IMG/VR virus record: IMGVR_UViG_3300026532_000002
Coordinates: 1 to 40,441 of that record
Length of the DNA stretch: 40,441 nt
Reading direction: 5' to 3' (one strand)
DNA from: a virus
The notes below the pieces were generated by a model. It worked only from the letters and a program-made list of their open reading frames with translations, was not told the DNA's origin and ran no database searches. Positions 33,789 through 40,228 of this stretch are shown in pieces; position 1 is the stretch's first letter; each line of letters starts with the position of its first letter. A program made the translations under genes and the position numbers.

Positions 33789-33998
33789 TCAGTCTCCCGC
33801 CGGTAGTTCACCCTCGGCGGGCACCACGTTGTGGAGGCGGATCGCGTGGGCGAGCTGGTCGAGCACAGCGGCCAGGTCCTCTAGCTCCCCGGCCGGGAAT
33901 GTGCCCGCTGGGAGCCTGTGCGCCGCGTCGTCGGCTAGCCACTGCAGTTCACGCAGCAACACCGCCAGGATGCGCGCGTTGGGAACCCGCCTGGTCAT
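33789..33998 (-). CDS. Hypothetical 69-aa acidic helical protein
   Basis: ATG 33998 is preceded by gaaagg and overlaps the stop of ORF 33995..34243 (ATGA). The alternative 110-aa reading from GTG 34121 cannot be excluded. Confidence 0.45.
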   Translation of the reverse strand: MTRRVPNARILAVLLRELQWLADDAAHRLPAGTFPAGELEDLAAVLDQLAHAIRLHNVVPAEGELPAGD

Positions 33999-34243
33999 GG
34001 CGCGGCCTTTCGGGTTGTGCGCGCTTGGCGTTCTGGTCGTGGACTGGTCGTACAGGAGCGGCAGTGCGGCAGGCTCGCCCAGGGGTGATGCGGATAGCAG
34101 GTGATACAGCGCGCACCGCACACCGCGACGTAGGCGACACCAGCCTCATAGGCAACGGTGTCCGCACCAGATAGCACCAGGTGCGTGTACATCGGATCGC
34201 ATGCTGCGGGTAGCCACCCCGTGGTGGGCATTCCGGCGGTCAC
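33995..34243 (-). CDS. Hypothetical 82-aa Cys-rich small protein
   Basis: GTG 34243 overlaps the stop of the upstream gene (GTGA), and its TGA overlaps ATG 33998 (ATGA). Contains CGARCITCYPHHPWASLPHCRSC. Third-position G+C counted by hand is similar to the competing frame, so codon bias does not decide. Confidence 0.4.
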   Translation of the reverse strand: MTAGMPTTGWLPAACDPMYTHLVLSGADTVAYEAGVAYVAVCGARCITCYPHHPWASLPHCRSCTTSPRPERQARTTRKAAP

Positions 34244-34689
34244 CGCTGCCTTCCCAGCCTGACGTAGGGGCGCACCATCAGGCCGGTGGGGTCGGTGTAC
34301 TCCTCTGGCCTGGTGGATGGCGCGTGGTGACCGGCGGACGCGGGGCGCGCGGGTTCACCCGCGCCCACCGGGGTCTGGGACCGGCCGCCCCCGGTCGAGG
34401 GGGCAGGAGCGGCCGGAGACTGGGGTGCGCGCGGGAACAGCTCGGGATCGCCAGTGGCGAACTGGCCACCGGCCGACTTTTTGCGAGACCCCGCAAGCGG
34501 TGCCACCTGCACAAACTCGCGGGCAACGTCCATGCGTGCATTGCTCGCAGTCTGGTCGGCACGGTGACGCTCGCGCCTGGCGTCAAACAGCAGCCATACG
34601 AGGGCGCCGATCAGGACGACTAACGCGAGGAAGATCGGGATACCGGCGATGAGCACGGTGTCGACGCCTGCGCTGCGCTGATCAATCAC
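34240..34689 (-). CDS. Single-pass membrane protein with a disordered Pro/Ala/Gly-rich tail
   Basis: GGAGG 6 nt before GTG 34689. TM segment VLIAGIPIFLALVVLIGALVWLL. First gene of the leftward operon. Confidence 0.55.
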   Translation of the reverse strand: MIDQRSAGVDTVLIAGIPIFLALVVLIGALVWLLFDARRERHRADQTASNARMDVAREFVQVAPLAGSRKKSAGGQFATGDPELFPRAPQSPAAPAPSTGGGRSQTPVGAGEPARPASAGHHAPSTRPEEYTDPTGLMVRPYVRLGRQR

Positions 34690-34753
34690 GGGTCGCCTCC
34701 ATGGCATCGCTGCGGGGACCCTTTGCTAGCGTGGCGGTCGCCCCAATACGTCT

Positions 34754-34784
34754 GGTCGCCGACCAGAATCGACGGTCGCCGACC
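34754..34784. promoter_or_regulatory. Two copies of the 11-bp palindrome GGTCGCCGACC (operator candidates) in the divergent promoter region
   Basis: Copies at 34754-34764 and 34774-34784, 20 bp centre to centre. Half-copies GGTCGCC at 34691 and 34736. Confidence 0.45.
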
Positions 34785-34840
34785 GGTGGGGCAATAGGCC
34801 GATCGGGGGATATCCGCACGACCGAGGTAAGGTGTGGTGC

Positions 34841-35695
34841 ATGCCTGCGACCACTGGAACGCCGCGCGCTCGGGCGCTGGCTGCGGCTCTACGCCAAGCG
34901 CGCGCAGCTGCGGGCATTGGTGTGCGAGAGCTTGCGCGCAGGCTGGACATCACGCACTCAACGATCAGCTACTGGGAGACTGGTCGACGCGTCCCGCGTG
35001 TCGAAGACGTAGCCGGAGTGCTCGCAGCGATCCACGTATCCGGCGACGAGCGCGAACGCATTCTCGATCTCGCTCGGGGCGCCGGAGAATCCGACTGGCT
35101 CACCGTCGGCATGCCAGGTGTGTCACAGAAACTCGCGGGTGTCCTGGAATGTGAGCGTACTGCAATCCGGATCACAGAATGGCTACCGTGGAGTATCCCT
35201 GGCCTACTTCAAACCTCCGATTATGCGCGCGTGATCATTGGGCCAGATGAGGCAAAGCTCACTCTGCGGCTTGCGCGTCGAGACATCTTGACTCGCCGTG
35301 AACCGGTGGAGTTCCGCGCGTTGATCGGCGAACCGGCGTTACGGCAGGTCATTGGTGGTTGTGACATCATGGTGCACCAACTGCGAAGTCTTCTTGAGAC
35401 CCCCAGGAACGCCACTGTTCAAGTAGTGCAGATCGGCCGGGGTTGGCACCCGGGGCTCGCGGGTCCATTCATTCTTTATGAATTCGCCGAGGCGCCGGCG
35501 ATTGTGCACTTGGAGCCCTACCGATCAAGCGCATTTGTCTATAACGAACGCGACGTCGAGGACTACAAGAGAGCTGCAGATACCCTCCGCAAGGAAGTGG
35601 CGATGAGCCCGCAGGAGACGACGGGACTCATCGCCGATGTCATCAAGGAACTGGAGACGACGAGTGACCGTACCCGTACATCGCGTGCCCGATAA
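34841..35695 (+). CDS. XRE-family HTH regulator, WhiJ-like (HTH plus DUF5753-type C-domain)
   Basis: HTH segment GIGVRELARRLDITHSTISYWETGRR, with a long C-terminal domain. Followed by and overlapping a DUF397 gene, the typical actinomycete pairing. Confidence 0.75.
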   Translation: MPATTGTPRARALAAALRQARAAAGIGVRELARRLDITHSTISYWETGRRVPRVEDVAGVLAAIHVSGDERERILDLARGAGESDWLTVGMPGVSQKLAGVLECERTAIRITEWLPWSIPGLLQTSDYARVIIGPDEAKLTLRLARRDILTRREPVEFRALIGEPALRQVIGGCDIMVHQLRSLLETPRNATVQVVQIGRGWHPGLAGPFILYEFAEAPAIVHLEPYRSSAFVYNERDVEDYKRAADTLRKEVAMSPQETTGLIADVIKELETTSDRTRTSRAR

Positions 35696-35855
35696 CTGGC
35701 GCAAGTCTAGCTACAGCCAGCAGGAGACCGCATGCGTTGAGGTCGCCAACACCCTCGATTGGGTTCGCGATAGCAAAAACCCGGTTGGGCCGACACTGCG
35801 TGTAGACGTTCAGGCGTTTCTGGACGCAGTGAAGGCTGGCCAGTTCGACCGCTGA
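35664..35855 (+). CDS. DUF397 (BldB-family) small protein
   Basis: Signature WRKSSYSQQETACVEVA...VRDSKNPVGPTLRV...FLDAVKAGQFD. Confidence 0.8.
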   Translation: MTVPVHRVPDNWRKSSYSQQETACVEVANTLDWVRDSKNPVGPTLRVDVQAFLDAVKAGQFDR

Positions 35856-35870
35856 CTTACCTGGCGTCAC

Positions 35871-35907
35871 ACGAGAGGGCCGGTTTCCCGAGAGCCGGCC
35901 CTCTCGT
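35871..35907 (+). terminator. 13-bp stem-loop after the DUF397 gene (copy A)
   Basis: acgagagggccgg / tttcccgagag / ccggccctctcgt, 16 nt after the stop. Confidence 0.5.
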
Positions 35908-35923
35908 CGTACGTAGATGTAGG

Positions 35924-36262
35924 TCAGGCGTCCACAGACTCAGCTGGTTGCACACGGACGTTGTAGGTGTCGTCTACCGGCAGGCCGCCGCCCGCACGAT
36001 CAGTCCAGCCGCCAGTGAACCCACCGGCCTTGTGGATCGCCGAGCGGGCGATGACCAGCGCCTTCCCGAAGGCAGACTCGTCATCGGCGGCGTCGACGTA
36101 CATGCTGATCGCGACCTTGCCTGTGGCGAGGGTGGCGCACACATCGGCGTCGATCGCTCCGGGCTCCTCCACCAGCGCGTCCATCAGGTCGTCGGTGTGC
36201 TGGTCGAGCGCATCCGGGGAACCGGTGAGCACTGTGAACGCCAGTTCGATGTAGTACCTCAC
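35924..36262 (-). CDS. Hypothetical protein (112 aa)
   Basis: RBS ggaaggagg 5 nt before GTG 36262. Begins VRYYIELAFTVLTG. Lies between the two copies of the duplicated DUF397-3'/terminator segment. Confidence 0.55.
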   Translation of the reverse strand: MRYYIELAFTVLTGSPDALDQHTDDLMDALVEEPGAIDADVCATLATGKVAISMYVDAADDESAFGKALVIARSAIHKAGGFTGGWTDRAGGGLPVDDTYNVRVQPAESVDA

Positions 36263-36330
36263 TGGTCCTCCTTCCAGCACGTTCGCCGTTTCAACTCGTT
36301 CCGCACGTCCCGGTTATACGCCCGATTGGG

Positions 36331-36353
36331 GGTTAGGTGGAAGGTTAGGTGGA
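36331..36353. repeat. Tandem direct repeat GGTTAGGTGGA x2, followed by an 8-bp hairpin (36351-36373)
   Basis: ggttaggtgga a ggttaggtgga, then ggatcgtc ttcttat gacgatcc. Confidence 0.7.
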
Positions 36354-36416
36354 TCGTCTTCTTATGACGATCCTGGCACGGGCAGTACGCCTTGTAGTAC
36401 TTCCGTGCCTTCTCCA

Positions 36417-36500
36417 AGCAAAAATCCGGCTGGGCCGACGCTGCGTGTGGATGTGCAGGGCCTGCTAGCAGCGGTGAAGGCGGGCCAGTTCGACCGCTGA
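36417..36500 (+). pseudogene. 5'-truncated DUF397 gene remnant (last ~27 codons)
   Basis: Translates to SKNPAGPTLRVDVQGLLAAVKAGQFDR*, paralogous to the end of 35664..35855. The upstream in-frame sequence has no DUF397 signature. Confidence 0.7.
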
Positions 36501-36512
36501 CAGCACAGACGG

Positions 36513-36547
36513 ACGAGAGGGCCGGTTTCCCGAGAGCCGGCCCTCTC
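36513..36547 (+). terminator. Copy B of the DUF397 terminator hairpin
   Basis: 35 nt identical to 35871-35905, followed by the shared ggtcaggcgtc. Confidence 0.5.
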
Positions 36548-36579
36548 ATTGCGTCTGGTCAGGCGTCTGCCTGCACTAC

Positions 36580-36599
36580 TGCCCCATGTTTGCCCCATG
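36580..36599. repeat. Direct repeat TGCCCCATG x2 with 11-bp period, next to the integrase 3' end
   Basis: Copies at 36580-36588 and 36591-36599. Confidence 0.6.
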
Positions 36600-36730
36600 A
36601 TCACGGCGTTTTGGCAGGTGATCGCGCTGTGGTTGTAATCTCGATGATGTTGATGCAACCGCGCTACCAGCGTTTTTGTGTTTTCCGGCGAATCCCGGTG
36701 CCATCCGGCGGATCACTGTATCCGTGCTGG

Positions 36731-37972
36731 TCAGCCCGCGGTTTCCGCGTCCCTGCTACCGGCAGATCCCGGCGCCTTTCCGGACGGGTCTGCCCCACGG
36801 TCTGCCCCAGGCTGCCCCGCGGGCCCATCCACCGCCCGCAGCGGCGGGCGCTCGCCCAGCGCTGCCAGCGCCACCGCCCGCGCATCCTCACCCATCTGCA
36901 CATATCCCCGAGTCTCACGCACGTCCGCGTGGCCCATGATGTCCGCCAACAGAAACGCGTCCATCCCGCCGCGTGCGGCCCGCGTGCCGAAGCCCCGGCG
37001 GATGGAATACGCGGTGCGGCGCGGCACGCCGGCTCGATCAGCCGCGTACCTCAGCCGCCGGGCCAGCTCCTCCGGCCGCATCACCCTCCCCCGTTCGGTG
37101 CGAAACACCACATCGCCCGTGCACGCAGTACCGTCTGTGTGGGAAAGCCCACACCCCTGGGTAAGGTCCCGGCCTGCCAGGCGCCGCCGGACGATCTCAA
37201 TAGCTTTCGCGGATAACGGAACCGCGCGCGTATCAGCATCCTTAGGGTGTGGCCGAATGACCATCCGGCGCGCCACCAGCACCTCAACGACATGCAACCA
37301 TCCTGTTATCAGGTCTACCCGATGCACGTGTAACCCACACAACTCACCCGGCCGTAATCCAGTTTCTAAACCAAAATCCACCGCGTCTTGGTAATCGCCC
37401 CTAAGCTCGATATCTTCGGCGTATTCCTGTGTCATAAATTGTTTAGGCTTTTTTCGCACCCTCGGTAATTTAATCCCCACGCACGGGGACGCGTGCAATG
37501 GGCTTGGCACAGCACGATTCATACTGGCCGCAAATACCGCATAAATTCGGTGCACATACGACGCCTCAGGAAGTCGATCGCGCTCCCAACCGACTGCCTG
37601 ACCGGCGGTGAGATCGTTGGCCCAACGCTGCACATCAGGCTGCCTAATCTTATTGAGCGCTACCTCTCCCCACTGCGGTAAAAGGTAGCGCTCAATAACG
37701 TTGCGCTCAATAGCAGCCGTATCGGACTCGGTGAGCGTCCGAGTGGCAGCTAATTGCTCCCACCATTGTCCCCACGTGATGCTGGCTGAGAGGGTGCCGG
37801 CTGTTATGGCTGCCTCGCGGCGCGCTTTCACCGCGGCTTCCTCTGCGGCCTCGATCGCGTCCCGCTTGCGACGGAACAGGGAACCGTCGGCCTGGGTGAC
37901 CTTGCGTTTCGTGCCGGCCTGATCCCGGTAGCGACCGCGCCAGCCGGTGGCTAACTTCTCAGCCCACGCCAT
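36731..37972 (-). CDS. int: Tyrosine integrase
   Basis: TGLRPGELCGL (box I Arg) and IRRGFGT...MGHADVRETRGYV (His/Tyr box). RBS aaggagg before ATG 37972. Confidence 0.85.
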   Translation of the reverse strand: MAWAEKLATGWRGRYRDQAGTKRKVTQADGSLFRRKRDAIEAAEEAAVKARREAAITAGTLSASITWGQWWEQLAATRTLTESDTAAIERNVIERYLLPQWGEVALNKIRQPDVQRWANDLTAGQAVGWERDRLPEASYVHRIYAVFAASMNRAVPSPLHASPCVGIKLPRVRKKPKQFMTQEYAEDIELRGDYQDAVDFGLETGLRPGELCGLHVHRVDLITGWLHVVEVLVARRMVIRPHPKDADTRAVPLSAKAIEIVRRRLAGRDLTQGCGLSHTDGTACTGDVVFRTERGRVMRPEELARRLRYAADRAGVPRRTAYSIRRGFGTRAARGGMDAFLLADIMGHADVRETRGYVQMGEDARAVALAALGERPPLRAVDGPAGQPGADRGADPSGKAPGSAGSRDAETAG

Positions 37973-37991
37973 GAGAGCCTCCTTAAGCCTG

Positions 37992-38291
37992 TCATTCGTG
38001 CGGATCCTCTAATTGATTGACGATCGATTGGAATTTAAGCTGAGCGGAGATCTGCCCAAGAACCTCATTGCTTTTTTGCAACTCGCGTTCCAGGCTTTCG
38101 TTGCTATTTAAGATGTCATCCCGGCAACTCAGTGCGATACGTGTAACCCACAACACGCCCGTCGCGCACGCCAAAATAGGAAAGACGTATGGGGTGAGTG
38201 GTGGTAACGTCCGCGTGGTTACCTGCACGGCGACACTTATTGTAAGAACACTCAGCGTTATCGCCAGAATTAACACAAACATTTTGACCAT
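37992..38291 (-). CDS. Low-G+C membrane protein (2 TM helices plus a coiled-coil-like tail); candidate lysogen-expressed exclusion/defence gene
   Basis: 99 aa: MFVLILAITLSVLTISVAV and VFPILACATGVLWV, then LERELQKSNEVLGQISAQLKF. Markedly A/T-richer than its flanks. Lies between the repressor and integrase on the same strand. Confidence 0.6.
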   Translation of the reverse strand: MVKMFVLILAITLSVLTISVAVQVTTRTLPPLTPYVFPILACATGVLWVTRIALSCRDDILNSNESLERELQKSNEVLGQISAQLKFQSIVNQLEDPHE

Positions 38292-38518
38292 GACTGCTCC
38301 GTCCTGACTCTACGTACATGCGCCTACGCGGTCAGTGGAAACTCTACGCCCGACTGGACGCGACCTCAACGGAGGGTAAAGGGCTATCATTAAGCAACTG
38401 TATGTAGTCCAGAAATGTGGCGTGTAACTCAATCGGCCTAAACGCATATTTGGTGGTAAGACGTACCAGAAACGCGCGGCGCAACGAATGTGCGACGCAC
38501 GTACTACATAACGCGGAG

Positions 38519-38914
38519 TCAATATTGCGTGCGGTCCCTCTCCCGTTCGCGCAACTGCTTGACTTTATGCAACGCGTCCTCGAAGACCTCCTCCCCAAGC
38601 GCTTTCCTGATCGACATGAGCATCTCGGCTACGGCCTCGACTGGGGCGGTAGCCGGATCAACGGCTGGTGTCATGGGCGACATCGGCGCTACGGCAGTAG
38701 CTAGGAACCGCTGGATACTGCCGGGTGGCCACTCAAGGACGTTCTCCACACCCGTGTATGTGGTCTCTCGTACGGGCAGACCGTCCTCCACCCTCTTCCA
38801 ACTAATGGAGGACATGGGCACGCGCCGTGCCGCCTCTTCTTTGGTCAAGCGCAGCTCGCGGCGCCGCTGGGCGACCAGATCGCCGAGCGTGTGCCGGGGG
38901 TCAGCCTTAGCCAT
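38519..38914 (-). CDS. CI-like immunity repressor (XRE-family HTH)
   Basis: LGDLVAQRRRELRLTKEEAARRVPMSSISWKRVEDG. Divergent from a Cro-like gene. ATG 38914 preferred; GTG 38944 is possible. Confidence 0.75.
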   Translation of the reverse strand: MAKADPRHTLGDLVAQRRRELRLTKEEAARRVPMSSISWKRVEDGLPVRETTYTGVENVLEWPPGSIQRFLATAVAPMSPMTPAVDPATAPVEAVAEMLMSIRKALGEEVFEDALHKVKQLRERERDRTQY

Positions 38915-38958
38915 GGACCCAGCATGACAGGAACAGCCAGTCACGTCTACGGCTAGGT

Positions 38959-38968
38959 ATCTATAGAT
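38959..38968. promoter_or_regulatory. 10-bp perfect palindrome ATCTATAGAT in the switch region (operator candidate)
   Basis: Flanked by tagg...ccta. Inverted GGCTAGG (38951) / CCTAGCC (39053) and direct GTCTAC (38945, 39061) also occur in this intergenic region. Confidence 0.4.
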
Positions 38969-39066
38969 CCCCCTAAGACGTTACAGGCGTTTTGCCAGCA
39001 CAAATGATCATCGGTGGTGAGTGCTCCACGTTGCCTAACTGTGACTACGTTCCTAGCCATGTCTAC

Positions 39067-39095
39067 TTGCATACGTGCCTATAAGTGACTAGCTT
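39067..39095 (+). promoter_or_regulatory. Candidate sigma-70-type promoter giving a leaderless Cro-like transcript
   Basis: TTGCAT, 17 nt spacer, TAGCTT (TAnnnT). ATG 39103 lies 8 nt after the -10 element. Confidence 0.3.
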
Positions 39096-39384
39096 TGACG
39101 GCATGGCTTTACCCCTGCCTAGCAACGCTGCTCCTGCGGCAGTCGAGATCAACGGATTCGCGTTACGAGAGATTCGCGTTCGCTCCGGTGTCGAGACCCT
39201 CTCGCTTGCCGAGCAGATCGGCGTCTCGCGGAGCTACATAACCCGCCTTGAGCTGGGACAACGTGAGCGCGTCTCACCGCGGATCTATCAGGCACTGCTG
39301 AGTGCGCTGTTCATCCGTGATCGGCGCACGCTCCTCGCCAACCCCCACGGCGCGGTCGCCGGCGATGAGCAGGTGCCGGCATGA
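39085..39384 (+). CDS. Cro-like XRE-family HTH regulator
   Basis: LSLAEQIGVSRSYITRLELGQR. Start is GTG 39085 or, more likely, ATG 39103. Confidence 0.7.
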   Translation: MTSFDGMALPLPSNAAPAAVEINGFALREIRVRSGVETLSLAEQIGVSRSYITRLELGQRERVSPRIYQALLSALFIRDRRTLLANPHGAVAGDEQVPA

Positions 39385-39596
39385 GCGAACTGACCTCGCC
39401 CTGGCTGACCACCCGCCAGGTAGCCGCATACAGCCAGCACCACGAAGACACCGTGCTACTCGCGCTCCGACGTGGCGAGCTCAAGGGTGTCCAGCGCGCC
39501 GCGCACTGCACCTGGCGGATCCACCGGGAAGACGTAGACCGCTGGCTCGCAGGTGAGCGTCCATCGCGCGGCACCCGCCGACTGCGCGCCTCTTAA
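39381..39596 (+). CDS. Excisionase-family (MerR-like) HTH protein
   Basis: WLTTRQVAAYSQHHEDTVLLALRRGELKGV...WRIHREDVDRWL. ATGA overlap at 39381. Confidence 0.65.
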   Translation: MSELTSPWLTTRQVAAYSQHHEDTVLLALRRGELKGVQRAAHCTWRIHREDVDRWLAGERPSRGTRRLRAS

Positions 39597-39612
39597 CCCC
39601 ACCCAAATGAGT

Positions 39613-39660
39613 GCGGGTCGCCCGCGCGCCGGTGCTAGCGGCGCGAACGGAACGACCCGC
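39613..39660 (+). terminator. Two-tier stem-loop after the Xis-like gene (terminator or regulatory)
   Basis: Outer stem gcgggtcg / cgacccgc. Inner stem cgcgccg / cggcgcg with a 7-nt loop. Confidence 0.3.
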
Positions 39661-39685
39661 CAGAGACAGAGAGGACACAGCTCTC

Positions 39686-40228
39686 ATGCCCGACCAAGAG
39701 ACTACCGAACCGCGCGACCCCCTAGCTCACGTCAAGGTCGGGGATCCAAACCCACCGCAACCGGACGAGCCACGGTGTACCGCGTACACGCCGGATTGCG
39801 AGTGCACCCGCGATAAAGGGCACCCCGGACAGCACATCGCCGCTGGCATCGCGACTGTGCTCGCGGTGTGGCCCGACAACGAGGGTACCGGCCCCGCCGC
39901 GGCGCCTGAGCGTGTGCCCGCGGGTAGGCGCCGCCGCGGCAGGACGCCCGCCACCGCAGCCGAACAGATACAAGACGCCTGGGACGGGCTGACCCACGGC
40001 ACCAAGGTCGCCCAGGTGATCGCACAGGAACGCTGGCTGGTCGTGGCCTGGCTGCTCAAGGCCGGCGCCGTGGAGTCCTGGGCGCAGGTCGGCGAAGCGG
40101 TCGGCCTCACGGAGACCCAGGCGCATGACGGGTTCTGCCAGTGGCTCGACCACCGGCGGGTCGGCGACGAATTATTCGCGGCGGATCTAGAGCGGCTGCT
40201 GAACCTGGCCGAGGAGGTGGGACTGTGA
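39686..40228 (+). CDS. Hypothetical early protein
   Basis: RBS gagagga before ATG 39686. 180 aa. Stop overlaps GTG 40225. Confidence 0.55.
   Translation: MPDQETTEPRDPLAHVKVGDPNPPQPDEPRCTAYTPDCECTRDKGHPGQHIAAGIATVLAVWPDNEGTGPAAAPERVPAGRRRRGRTPATAAEQIQDAWDGLTHGTKVAQVIAQERWLVVAWLLKAGAVESWAQVGEAVGLTETQAHDGFCQWLDHRRVGDELFAADLERLLNLAEEVGL

Noticed and set aside
36597-36626. Shared short words ggcgttttg and atgatca between the int-proximal region (36597-36620) and the CI/Cro intergenic region (38985-39010).
   Set aside because: They are only 9 and 7 nt long and occur in different order and spacing. A chance match in a 40-kb genome cannot be excluded.
38310-38598. Minus-strand ORFs 38310..38522 and 38344..38598, and plus-strand ORF 38417..38704, in the A/T-rich gap near the repressor 3' end.
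   Set aside because: Their translations are not protein-like, they overlap the repressor gene or each other, and they have no RBS. The region is treated as non-coding.
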